DNA of 64,000 nt from the human T2T-CHM13v2.0 reference genome, Homo sapiens. Numbering within the stretch: position 1 is the first letter of the stretch; every line of letters starts with the position of its first letter. Below the pieces are notes generated by a model. That model made no database searches. It was not told the DNA's origin and worked only from the letters and a program-made list of their open reading frames with translations. Below are positions 31,114 through 45,688 of this stretch, in pieces. The position numbers and the translations under genes are program-made. The DNA is taken from the NCBI RefSeq assembly GCF_009914755.1, contig NC_060932.1, one strand, 5' to 3'.

Positions 31114-32583
31114 AGCTTCTATAATACAATAAAAGGATAGAGACGACACTAGAAATCTGTTTAAAATACTAGAAAAATACAGGAGAACACATTTTGGAAG
31201 AAAGAAAAGGACTCTTCTGAAAAAGAAAATTACTAAAAGGAGTACTTTATGAAGAAGGAAACTGAATTCCCAAGGAAGTAGTGGGACATAGAAAGCAAAG
31301 GTGAGCAAAGAAACCAACTTGTGTGTGAACCTAAGTGAGTATTAAATGGATTTTTAAAAAAGTAATTGCTACCTTGGGGAGTGTAAAATAAGATGATAAA
31401 TAAGACACTGAACAAAATAACATGTTAAGATAGGAGTGCAGTAAAATCCTGCTGAGATCCTTAAATTTAGGGGGAATGAATTAGAGATATTAGTTCTGTT
31501 TAGATTTTAGGTCACATATGTGTCTAAACAAGTAAAGGATGACTACTAAAAGAGCAGATATAGACTGCATAGTAAGTCTTATTCCAAAATCCATAGAAAG
31601 GAAAATAAAACAAAGGAAAAGAACAAAGGAAAAGTAATAAATCTAGTTCCAGGCAAGAAAAAATATCTTAAAAACTAGACAAGCCAAAGATTCTGAGGTA
31701 GAAAGAGTTCAGTGTGGAATTGCCCCCTTCCCTCCTGTGTTAATGTTCTGTGTTCCTTAAACTGAAGACAACAATGAGTAGACCAGGCGTAGGTCCATAC
31801 TAGAGTTTTTCTTTCATTGTCAACATATGCTGGGGATCAAATGACCACCTACCAGCAGTAATCCTGCCACCAGGCAGCAGGGGCTGGGGCAGGACACCCC
31901 GAGCCATCAGAAGAGACTGCTGCTGCTGGTGAAGTATGCAGTTCCCTCCCAACCTGCCACCTGAGGGTGTTGGAGAGCCCTGTCAATATGAGAGTATCTT
32001 TGGGGAGCGCTGCCAAGCCCTGCAGAACCACCTTTAAAAAATTTGTAATCACATTGAAAAAACAAATGGAAAATAGTTTTTACAATGAGTACAGATTACT
32101 TTTTAAAAGAAAATTAACATTTTAAAAAAACCAACAAAAACAAATAAAAAACAAACTGTGTCAAACCTCTCTTTCTGCCTGAGAGGGGGAGAAATGAGAG
32201 ATGTCTCACTTTGTTATTACATATTACATGGCGGTACACACAAGTATTCCAGCAGTGTTGGCCACTGTTCTGTCTGATGTTTTCCAGGCTTTGTAAGAGA
32301 CCGTGGCCCAACACTTCCTGGGAACCATAGCATAGACCTATTGCCTCATGAAAAGGTGCGCATGCAATTCCTAAGGGTACCACAGGTGAGATTTAATAAA
32401 TTCATATTCTCCTCCCAAATCTTGTGCTTTGGGATCCATGAGGCTAGATCAATGTTCTTAATTCTCCTGATCTCACATTTTTCTAGTTAATCACATAAAG
32501 ATATAGGCACTGGCTTAATCAGCAAAAGATTATTTTGCTTTGCACACACAGTTTCTTTATTATTCACTATTTGATTTTGAAAC

Positions 32584-32891
<308 letters not shown>

Positions 32892-32974
32892 TGATTGTTT
32901 CATTCATTAATCATCTTATAAACCTGGAGGATAGGGTCATGGTTTGCATTTGCAGCCCACTGAGCAGGACTAAA

Positions 32975-33535
32975 GTTTTTTGTTTGTTTGTTTGTTTTCC
33001 AGAGCAGGAGTGGAAGTTTATTAAAAAGCTTTAAAACAGTAAGGAAAGGAAGAAAAGTACACTTGGAAGAGGGCCAAGTGGGCAACTTGAGAAACCAAGG
33101 GCCCAGCTTTACCTCTTGATTTGGGGTTTTATACTTCGGCCTACTTCCGGGATCTCGCATTGCTTCTCCCTACTCCTGAGATCTTGTTGGGAAGCTGCTG
33201 ATCAGTTTCAGGTGTTTTCTCTCTGTTAAGAGACTGCTTTTCCCTGGTGCCCGCTGTGATCAATTATTACTTTAGAGAGGCAATTAACAACGGCCTAACC
33301 ATCACCTGATGATCAGCCAACACACCTGCTGTGTGTGGGTGGGGAGCCCGCTCCTGCCCTGCTCATACCTGACTACTACCTACTGTAACACTTCCCCCCT
33401 CAAGATTCCAAGACCCCAAAGATTTGGGGGAAAACAGACAAAGGTTAGTCTTCTGTAATTGCTTCCTGCTGACACAGAGGTGGTGGTGGCAGTGGTTCTG
33501 TGGGTCTTGACCTCTTGCTGGCCAAATAAGAGCCC
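32975..33535 (-). mobile_element. ERV1 (MER50/MER83-group-like) internal 3' end + PPT + U3-R LTR + poly(A); no U5
   Basis: Minus strand: gtcagcaggaagcaattacagaagac...GAGGGGGGAAG|TGTTACAGTAGGTAG (LTR starts 33390); TATAAAA 33133-33127; AATAAA 33022-33017; A tail from ~32998. Confidence 0.8.
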
Positions 33536-33978
33536 TGAGCAGGTCTGACCCTAGAGCAAGCACCTAATCTAAATGTGCTGAATTTTCTTGATAACGCTAA
33601 ACAGAGTGCATATGAAATTGATGCTGGTTGTTAGGCTTATCCACCCTTAAGCTTTGGATTCCTTAGATCTCTGTTCAGGGTCACTTTTGGCCAGCTGGTG
33701 GCCAGTTAAACCTTCCCCCAAGAGTGCAGAAGAGGGAGAAAAGGGAGAAGAAGCAAAATCAAAAGTTGGCAAATAGCAATTAGAAGCTCTGGAAAAAAAA
33801 TCGTTAATAAGGAAACTGGGACTGTTATTTTAAATTATTTAAAAATATTTGTGGAGTTATATTGTCCACATTCCTTACAGCAGTCTGTGAAGAAAATTAA
33901 GTTGGAGAAAGAATAATTACCTCTGAGACGAGAGATAATGGGAAGTCATGCCACACAGCTATCAAGAAGGCAGTGCCA

Positions 33979-34342
<364 letters not shown>

Positions 34343-34614
34343 TTATTTTTCTGTGTATAGGTGAGGTTGGTTCTTACCTAGAAGACACCTACTTCAAGAT
34401 CGGCTCACATGTCTTCTCTGGTGAGCCTTCCACAAGTCCCTCCAAACAGAGTGAGTCACTGAATTTCCATTTGATTTCATTCACGTCTCCCCTGTAGTGT
34501 ACATCATGGTGCCTGCAATTAGCTGCTAAAATTTAACACTGGCACTGAACAGTGAGCCTTCGAGAAAGCCATCGTGTTTAACTGATATTTCCACTTTGCG
34601 TAGTGGTCCTTATA

Positions 34615-34830
34615 ATAACAATAACAGTAGCCATTACTACGAATGAGATCTTATAATATCAGATGTTATAACAAGCACTTTGCATGTATTATATCATTTA
34701 ATCTTCACAAAATATTTGCAAAGTAGTTATTACATCCCTTTCACAGATAAGAAAACTGGAGCTTAGAAACATTAAAGTAGCTTGCCCAGGTCACAAGGCT
34801 AGTAAGTCATAGAACCAAGGGGACTAACTC
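34615..34830 (-). mobile_element. MIR
   Basis: tcatttaatcttcac...cagataagaaaactggagcttag...cttgcccaggtcaca. Confidence 0.75.
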
Positions 34831-34975
34831 CATAGCATGTGGTGTTCCACAATGCAGTATACAGTGGTGGTTATTAAACACTGTTAGGCATCGGAATCTC
34901 CTGGGAGCTTGCTGAAAATATAGATTTCCAAGCCCTAGCCACTGGGGTGATTCTGAATTAGTGGGTTTAAGGTAG

Positions 34976-35925
<950 letters not shown>

Positions 35926-37322
35926 AAATCTGCATTTTTAATTAACACCATCCCACCATCTCCTCTCCAGGCAACACTCTGGAGATCAACATTACAGTAC
36001 TGCTAGTATACAGTAATGTCATGTACTACAATAATGTACCAGATGCTCAGTGACAGTGAATGAATAAATATAAGGTTTACTGACATTTATACAGGAAAAA
36101 GTACATGGCATTCTTTGTTTCTGTCTTTTTAAGGATAAAATGTAGAATTACCATGTATCCGGTAGTGGTTATTAATCTTTGTTGGGTATCAGAGTGGTGA
36201 GATTGATTTAGGATTCACTATATTAAACAAATTCAAATGTATTTGTTTGTATCAGGACATCTCACTTTTCAGTTATTTGATTGTGGACTCTTCGTTTTCT
36301 TTTTCTCATATAAACTGTAGTGACAGAGTTGGGGAAGCAGTGTCTTGGAAAATAATAATAAGAGCTTATCTTTATATGGGGATCTAAAGTTTATGCAGTG
36401 CTTTCACGTGCATTATTTACCATTTATGAGGCAGGATGCAGGAGCTCAGAGAGACTGTCAGTGGTTTGCCCAAGAAAAAACAGAAAGAGCAGTGAGGATG
36501 AGAATTGGTTCTTTAGGGCTCCATGCACACTGTTTATCCACAGCATTACAGCAGGCATCCTTCTTTCTCATATAACATACATTCTTAGGGAAATCAGTGC
36601 AATACAGTGCAAAGTTATTTATCCTTTCTGTGTCTCGGTTTTCTCATCTGTAATATGAGGCAGCTGAAACAAATTTAAGAGAGATACCCTGTCCAAAGTA
36701 AAACAGCTATCCTTAGTAGCCTGGTGGAGTGTATAATCAATTTTCATGACTCCTTAACCAGTTCAACCAATCTGTCTTAAACTAGTGGCCAGAAACACAG
36801 TGGTAGGCACTTCAGGTGCAGGAACAAATTAGACACAACTCCTTCTCTGGCATATTATGTCTTTCAGAGTGTGCTGGTAGAAATTCTTTACACCACTGCC
36901 TTTTGAAAACTTGTTTCCAAGGCCAGAGTAGCATGCCCTTCTATGCCTTAGCTCTGGCCTGCCAGCTCTTGAAGAAAACAGACAACACAGCACTGTCTTG
37001 AAATGTCACCAATGTGCCTGTGGTCAATGCCACATGGCCACGCCTGGAGGTCTTAAATCTACTGTTACTCAACAGCAGGGCTGGACATCAGTTTCCCCTT
37101 GGTAATAAAAGCCATTATCGGACTCTTCAAACATTTCAACTTTTCTCCCTATTTCACAGTTCGTAAAGCACCTCTCTGAGGTGGAGGGATTTTTTTTTAA
37201 TTTGAGAGGAGAGATAAGACAGTATGTTTTTTCCACCTCTAGATTGCATATTACTTCCCATAAGCCATGAAACAGGCATTCTACCAACACGGCTCTTCTA
37301 ATTGCTCACGTTTATTAAGATG

Positions 37323-37615
37323 ATCCCAGCTCTTTGGGAGGCTGAGGCAGGTGGATCACGAGGTCAGGAGATTGAAACCATCCTGGCCAACATGGTGAAA
37401 TCTCACCTCTACTAAAAAAAAAAAAAAAAAAAAAAAAATTAGCCTGGTGTGGTGGCACGCACCTGTAGTCCCAGCTACTCAGGAGGCTAAGGCAGGGGAA
37501 TCACTTGAGCCCAGGAAGCGGAGGTTTCAGTGAGCCGAGATTGCGCCACTGCACTCCAGTGTGGTGACAGAGCGAGACTACATCTCAAAACAAAACAAAA
37601 AAAACAAAACAAAAA
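37323..37615 (+). mobile_element. AluSc-like, 5'-truncated, with linker expanded to a ~25-nt pure A run
   Basis: gatcacgaggtcaggagatt..accatcctggcc; A run ~37414-37438. Confidence 0.87.
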
Positions 37616-38734
37616 GATGCTAGTGCACTGGGCATCTTGCTTCCCTCCCCACAACTCCAACTCACTGTGCATCTGGCATTAGCGTCGCCAGAGCCGGGGT
37701 TAATATGTACACCATGAACTCATTAGCTGCCCATTAGTATCAGAGCCAAGAATCAACATGACGGATCCAACAATATGTCTGATCTTAGGTCAGATTCTCA
37801 GCTGAGGGCTCACCGAATGCAAAGGTCAGCAGCTTGGCATCAGCTCAACAGCACACACTGAGCACATCTTGCTCAAAGTAGCCATTGGGGAAGATGATGA
37901 ATATGGGGCCTCATTAAAAACTGAGGGGAGGAAAAATCCCTTTGCAGAACCCACAGGGCTTCATGGTTGTCAATTTGCCTTTCTGCTTACATGAAGAATT
38001 TATTGGATTTACCACCAAAATAGGAGAAACTGAACGTGCAAATGGCATTATCATATTTCCAGGAACCAAATACCATTCATTAGATGGCCAAGTGAGCAGC
38101 CTCAAGGTCAGAGCTGAAAGTTTTAAAGCAAGTCTCTTTAAGTGCAAACGTTATTTCTGCCATCTGAATAACATAAGCCAGTTTGAATCGAACGGAGGTA
38201 AAAAGATTACAGCATGTCTTTCTCCTTCCTTAGTTTTCTTCCTTTCCTTTCATTTCCTTTCCTTCCTTTTATCTTTTCTTCTTTCTTTCCTACCAATTTC
38301 TCTCTTAACTGGATGTAGCTCTTTAAAAACTAACTGTTCTTCTCCCTTTATCTTTTCTTCTTTCTTTCCTACCAATTTTTTCCTTAACTGGATGTAACTC
38401 TTTAAAAGCTAACTATTCACCTCAGGGTGGGGCCTCCTAAATTATCCTCTGTAATTCATCATTCAGCACCCACATAGTGCCTACACACCTCTTATCACCT
38501 TTTCCTGGAGGACAACAAACTCTTGTAGGAGTGAAAAAATAATATTAGGAAAGGAAGCCTTCCTCACATCTCCAAGTCGGTAATGATTCAAGAATAATTA
38601 TTTAATAGTACATTTTGGGTAGTATCATCAACTTTCCTTTTCTTTAAGGGTGGACCAATGAGGAAGAGATTACTAGCAGTTGGTGATTTTAGATTCGACT
38701 ACTTGACTCAACACTGGTGCTTAAGATTAGCTTG

Positions 38735-39055
38735 ATTTTTTTTTTTTTTTTTTTTGAGACAGTGTCTCACTCTTTCACATGGCCTGGGGTACAGTGGTGT
38801 GATCATAGCTCACTGCAGCCTTGAATTCCTGGGCTTAAGTGATCTTCCTGCCTCAGCCTTCCCAGTAAGCTAAAACTACAGGGGCACACCACAACACCTG
38901 ACTAACTAAAAAAAGTTTTGTTTTTTTTTTTTGTAAAAATGGGGGGCTCTTGATACATTGCCCCAGGCTGGTCTCAAACTCCTGGCCTCAAGTGACCCTC
39001 TCAACTTGGCTTCCCAAAGTGCTGGGATTGCAGGCATAAGCCACCATGCCAGGCC
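38735..39055 (-). mobile_element. AluJ
   Basis: gatcatagctcactgcagccttgaa; TSD tagcttgattttt. Confidence 0.88.
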
Positions 39056-39441
39056 TAGCTTGATTTTTGCAGTCCTGGTTTGAAAAAGAAAACCAAACAA
39101 ATATAATATTATGTTTAAAATTACACAGCATGCAGCACTTCCATTTGCATAAAGCCACTTAAAAAATTAAAGGTCAAACTAATCATTTCAACACCAAGGA
39201 TCAGCTTTCTTATTAGCACAATTCAAAGAGTAGTTTTTATTCTCAATGATCACATCTTTTCTGGCAGAATCCCAATAAGCACTTTGCACCATGACAACGA
39301 GGAGGTGCACACAACATTGCTGAAGATGCCTGTGCTCCTCCTGAAAGGGAACGTGGCTCCTGCAGAGCGAGGCCAGCAGCCTGGTGCACAGGCATATGCT
39401 CACTCATCAAATCATCTGCTCTGGCAGATAATGGTGTAGAA

Positions 39442-39653
39442 CAAGCTTGTCCAACCCATGGCCCATGGGCCACATGTGGCCCGGGACAGCTTTGAATGTG
39501 GCCCAACACAAATTTGTGTTGAAAACATTATGAGTTTTTTTGCAATTTTAAAAAGCTCATTAGCTATCGTTAGTGTTAGTGTATTTTGTGTGTGGGCCAA
39601 GACAATTCTTCTTCTAATGTGGCCCAGGAAAGCCAAAAGATTGGACACCCCTG
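39442..39653 (-). mobile_element. MER30 (hAT-Charlie MITE) with 8-bp TSD
   Basis: caagcttgtccaac...ttggacacccctg; TSD gtgtagaa at 39434-39441 and 39654-39661. Confidence 0.88.
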
Positions 39654-40057
39654 GTGTAGAATCAGTGAGCTCTTACCATGTTAAAGGCAGTAAGGAATAT
39701 AAAATCACTCTATAAAGCCCCAAGCAAATATTTAATTTTGCTATTATAACTCATGTGGTTCTTAGAGTTGGGACACCAAGGAAGAATATTTTTGTGGAAT
39801 GAGAAACTGGAGTGTTCACTTCTAAATCCACTTTGGTATCATACATAAAGCTCTAGGCTATATTTCACAAAAGCAATTTGCTACATCTGTCTAATTTTTT
39901 AAAAGAAAGATAATCCACAGATTTATAAATACTGGGTGAAGACTGAATTGATATGTAAAACTCACTAGAACGAGTGCTAAGGTAGAATAGAACACCTACC
40001 TGACCCAGTGGTGGGGACTCAAAAAATGCTGTTGAATTATTTTCCAAAGGAACTTAC

Positions 40058-40189
40058 GGTATTGGGCTTCCTCGTGCATTTTGGATGAGGTGTTTTGTTG
40101 GTCAGCCTTGGTGGGCATAATAGCGTGTCCAACCTCGCTCCATACTCAGAACTCGCCTCCAGATCCCTAGCTCTGAGACCGGAGGTCTC
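40058..40189 (-). other. Candidate 132-nt in-frame cassette exon of SNTB1
   Basis: Pyrimidine tract, ttctaag| acceptor, open in phase 0, ACC|gtaagt donor; no transcript evidence available here. Confidence 0.4.
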
Positions 40190-40499
40190 CTTAGAATAGG
40201 TACAAGGTGATCAGTTAAGCCAAACAGGGTGAAAGTGAAGAAGAGAGAGAAAATACATTTGGACTAAGGGGGATGCCCATGTGACTGTAAAGTAGATTTT
40301 CATATACTGCCTTTGAAGGCGATTCCAAAGAAGAATTCTAAAAATGCAATACAGCAGCAAACGAGTGAAGATACAACTGCCTAAGGGTGTTGCTAAGAAA
40401 GGCAGTATCACCTGAATATATGTATATATATATATATTTAGTGCTCTAGCCACCTAAGATTAATGGCTATTCTTAAACGAGGCCATGCATTTTGCGTCT

Positions 40500-41000
40500 T
40501 TATGCCTTTGCACATACTATTTCTGCAACCCGGAAAGTCTTTCTCTACCTGATTTTTAAGATTCAGTTTAAGAGCTTTCTTAACCTCTTAGTCCAAGTGA
40601 GCTGACTTCTTCCTTTGAGCCCCCACTGATTTAATATGGAAATAAATTATAGCATGCACAGGTCTGTATTTGAAATTCTTAGGTTCCATGTTTGTCTTCC
40701 TCATTTGTTTGTGAGTTCCCTGAGAATATCTTTGTATCTCCAGCTTACTGCCTCACCTATTATAAACAATTATCTAAAATTAATTTCCTTGTCCCTTACA
40801 TTCATATTGCCCATTCTCTTTATCAGCACATATCACAATCTGAATTGTTTGTTTTCTTACAAATTATCTACCTCCCCTGCTGAAAGTAAGCTCCAGTGCA
40901 GCAAGGAACTTGTCTGACGTGTCACCATCATAGTCCCAGTACTTTCACTTGCTTGGCATATTGTATGTGCTCAATAGTTACTTACAGAATGAATGAATTA
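40500..41000 (+). mobile_element. L2 3' end
   Basis: gcctttgcacatact...gtaagctcc...gtgctcaata...gaatgaatgaat. Confidence 0.78.
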
Positions 41001-41732
41001 TAGGTGCTGAATAGTGTTTATCAAATGGATAAGAAAATGACTAGTCATATATTTGTTTGTTTAAAAAATCACTTGATTATTTATAAGCAAAAAGATGTTC
41101 AATCCCTAAAAGATGAGGGATAAATAAAAAATAGATTTCTGTGACAGTTCCATTCTGGTTTCTGGCTGTTGGACGCTGGATGAAATTACCTTTCAACCCA
41201 GTTATTATTCAAGTTAAAGCCTTGAAGCTTGGCAAGGAGGAGAAACAATACGGTAAAAGGGCAGAGGGTGGAAAATCTAGAGCTGGGAGAAGTTGGTTTC
41301 CACATTTCTGAGGCCCATTTTCTCAGAAAAATATCAAGGTTCATGGTTAAGCTTCCAGAAACCTGTCTTTTTCAAATGCACCATAATAACTAGCAATTAT
41401 GTTTAAGGTTCTAGTTTGTTAGAAGTTTAAATAGAAAAATGAGAAAACAATAAAATCCATATCTATGGGTTAGTTTCTACTAAAGCCATCAAGAACCCTA
41501 AAATTCCTAAAAATACTTCTTCCTTCAATTTCTGGTATCTTGCAGTGAAAAGAAATACAGCAATTATGAATACATTATTTTATGCTTTTATTGAAAGATC
41601 ATTTTTATACTAATTTAAAATTGCCTTTTAAAATCAATTTTATGTAAACTTTAGAAAGGTGTTCTTATAATTTACAGTTCATTAAATATGGAGTTACTTC
41701 TACAAGATTCATAATGGGGTATTGGTGAAAAT

Positions 41733-41776
<44 letters not shown>

Positions 41777-41798
41777 CAGAGAGAGAGAAAGAGAGAGA
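41733..41798. repeat. (TA)n(GA)n microsatellite
   Basis: Visible directly. Confidence 0.9.
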
Positions 41799-42099
41799 TT
41801 TCATTTTCAGGGAACTTGGAATTGATTTACGTTAACTCTGACTTATGACCTCTTTTCCAGACATGAAGTAATATGTTCTTTATTTCAGGACCTTGTGAAA
41901 TTAGACAGCAGGTCATCTATGATCCATTTGAAGCTTTTAAATCTTTCCCCTTTTGAAGACTATTCAGCCTGATTTTTCCCATCAAGCTCTCTTTGGAAAC
42001 CCCATTTCACACAGTGCATTCTGCCTCCCTAATTTTGTCAGCACTATTGTTAAGTATTGATTTTGATTCTTTATTAAGTTCAGTTTTTACTCTACCATT

Positions 42100-42470
42100 T
42101 ACGGTAGATCTTTGGCCTTCATGATTTAATACAGTTTTTACTCTGTGTGACCTTGAATGCTGATGACTTGCACTAATTTGTCATTGTGTTAAGGGCCAGT
42201 TTTGAAGTGTGGTCTGACACTCAGACCTGGAGGAGGCCCAGATAACCCCCTCTCTAGGCATGTCAGCATGGCTCTGCTGTCCTACCCTTGCATGAAGGCA
42301 TGAAAGACACACACATTTTTGTAAAATGGCCTAAAAAGCCAAACGATGGTGTTGATGGAAGTTCTGTGAAGATGATAGTTCTTTGCCAGAAAATAGAAGT
42401 TAGGGATAAATTAAAGAATAGAATATTGGATCAGTAGTTCTGAGCCATTTGGTAAATCAATATTTCAGTA
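42100..42470 (+). mobile_element. Probable old TcMar-Tigger fragment (5' end and start of transposase)
   Basis: aaaatggcc..., then a degenerate frame ..LCQKIEVRDKLKN.. resembling the CENP-B/psq HTH of pogo-type transposases. Confidence 0.45.
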
Positions 42471-42679
42471 AAAAAAGTCCAGTACAACTCATTTTTATTG
42501 CACTTAATAGAAGAAAGTGTGTGTGTGTGCACACACACACATATAGTAGCATTCACAAATTTGGAGATTTCTAGAGGCCTCTATACAAACTCCATTCCAA
42601 AAATACTCCAAAAGTAACTGCTACTTTTCTAATAAGACATGCAAGCTAGAGAGCTGACTGCCCTCATCTGCTGGATTAC

Positions 42680-42920
42680 ATTTATTGGATGCTATGTGCT
42701 GGCCCTGTGCCAGCCATTATACAAAAACAATTTCAATTAAGTTGTATAAATTATCTTTTGCAGTAGGTATTAATATCTTTTTTTTATAGACACAAAAAGT
42801 GAGGATTAAATATTTTTTAAAAACTTGTCAAAAGTCACTCAACCAGTAAGTAGCAAACTGGGGATTAAAATCCAGGTAGGTCTCCATGCAAAGCCCCTGC
42901 TCTTCCTTCTATAGTATGGT
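42680..42920 (-). mobile_element. MIR
   Basis: ctatgtgctggc...gtaggtattaat...aacttgtcaaaagtcac...gggattaaaatccagg. Confidence 0.7.
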
Positions 42921-43219
42921 ACTTCACTGCCCTTCCCTGCCTCCCACATATTCATTCGATAAGTTCTTATTGCACTTACTTGACCCCAATTTTATTTCTA
43001 GGTTCTCCAATTCACCTTAGCCAAAATGGTTGATGTTTGAATTCAACAGCTAATATACAGCCAGTTAAACTGTGCAGCACAACTCCCCCCACCCCCACCC
43101 CCACACACACCAGGGATATTCTTGTGTTTTCAGCACTGACACTATTGACTTCAGGTTATCTTATGGTGTGTTCAGAGATCCAGGCACACAAAAGTGAATG
43201 TTTGCCTGAAACTTTGTAA

Positions 43220-43756
<537 letters not shown>

Positions 43757-43981
43757 TAAGTGGACAGCTAACTAGGGAAAAGAAGATGCAGTAAAGTGTC
43801 TAGGGAACCTGCAACTGAGAAGATGCCAAGATTAGTTCAGGGAAGATTTAGTCTGTTTGTATACAGAGCAGAGAATAAAAGAACAAGAAGTGAGAAATGG
43901 GAAAGTGGAGGGGTAGGGAAGGGAGGTCAGAGAGTACAATGAACAGTACAGCCACATGTTTTGTGAGCCAAAATAAAGTAG

Positions 43982-44053
43982 TAGGTTGGTGCAAAAGTAA
44001 TTGCATAATTAAAGTAATGGCAAAAATCACAATTACTTTCGCATCAACACAAT
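43982..44053. mobile_element. MADE1 (Hsmar1-derived MITE)
   Basis: taggttggtgcaaaagtaattgc...caattactttcgcatcaacacaata inverted termini. Confidence 0.85.
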
Positions 44054-45229
44054 AGATCAACAAACAAGTGTAGTAATAGGCATTATGAGTTATATTTCAG
44101 AAGCTTTTCAGAACAGAAGGAATGTGTCAATTCTACACAGGGCAAGAGAGAGCTTGGTCAATGGGTCACCGTGACCAGAAACCAACTATCATTCCATCTT
44201 CTTTCTCCTTTCATGCACCCCCAGGTTTCACTCTTTCATTCTCTTTCTCATTTTTCCAGAGATCTCCTCCACGTTTTGACTCAGACCAAGTGCCTGGGTT
44301 TCCCTCCCTCCTCCCCGATCCCCAGCAAAGCCACTTTGAACCAATAATGTGAATTGTACCTCATTCCCAGAGAAAATGTGTTGCAGTGTCTACTGCCAAC
44401 AGGGAATCATTTTCTGGCTAACATCACTGGTCCACCATCTCATGCATTCAACAAACGTTAAGTTGACCCCTTACTATTCCCCAGACACTGTCTAGGCACT
44501 GGAACTGTAGAACTAAATAAGAAGCAGCCTCTTTTCTTGGCAGGGTTACAAGCTGCGGGGCCAAAACACATGGAGAAATATTTTAGGGCCTCTCTCTCTG
44601 AATCACTGTGATAAAGTGACTAACGTAATTCTGAGAGTCCTGCTTGGCCTCTCCAGCTCCGTAAAGATCTCTGTTTTCACCTTGATGCAGCCCATATGTA
44701 GATATGGATGTTCTTAAATCAGATTCTAGAATTACAGCTTCACCTATATTTCTAACCCTAATTATAAATAAAATCAATATTTTAAAAACTTCACACTGAC
44801 TGACTTGCTAAACCAGAAAATGAATTCAGCTTACAAACCTGAAAATACCAACTTGAGAGAGTTTCAGGATGGAAAATGAAATGTGTTCATTTGCATTGCA
44901 TAGCAGCCCAGTACTATTAGAAGTAATAAAAAGCCCAAACCAAACATGTAAGGATGCAAAGAAACTCTGAAAATGATGTTTGAGAATTTCAAAGCATTAA
45001 AAAAAATAATTATTCCATGATGTGAGGGACAAGGGAGCAAGTAAATGCCAATGTGAGTTATCAGAATGTGAATACAGCTGTAAATAAAAGTAAACTTCTA
45101 GGTGGTGGCTATAACCTTCAACATGTCACAGTACTAGCCATTATATTTAAGTCTGTCCCACCTAAAGGTCCCATATACCTAAAGGAATCCCTGCTGGAAT
45201 TCCTCCCCTCATGGGAACACACCAGTGAT

Positions 45230-45661
45230 TATAGTAGATATTGTTGGTCCCCTGCCAAAATTCCCTTTGTTAGGCCAGTGCACTCTAGCCTTACCTGATG
45301 TGCATGTTGACTGGTCACAGCTTAACCTTTTCCTTCTCTAGAGAATTGCCCTTGGCTGATGGGAATGGCCACTCTTTACCTCTATGGGAGACCACAGCCA
45401 GTGGCTGCCTTATATGGGTGTACAAAGTCCTGGCTCCCTTGGCTTAAAGTGGGAGAACTCTGTGCTGCTATTCCTACTCCTGAGCTTCAGTGGGATCAGG
45501 CTGAAACTAGATTTCAGCTAATACTACATTTCTGTTTACCTTCCTCTGCAGCCTAGCCTGCTTCACTCACTTCCTTACAGGTTTCTCCTAAGAGACTCAC
45601 TCAGTTGATTGCTCCCCAAGAATCTCCGTCTCAGACTCTGCTTCTAAAGAATTTGGAGACA
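45230..45661 (+). mobile_element. LTR16-like (ERVL) solo LTR
   Basis: ggctcccttggctt...cctgcttcactcacttcc...aagaatctccgtctcagactctgcttct. Confidence 0.72.
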
Positions 45662-45688
45662 TTGATCAATGTAAGGCCTCATGATCAT

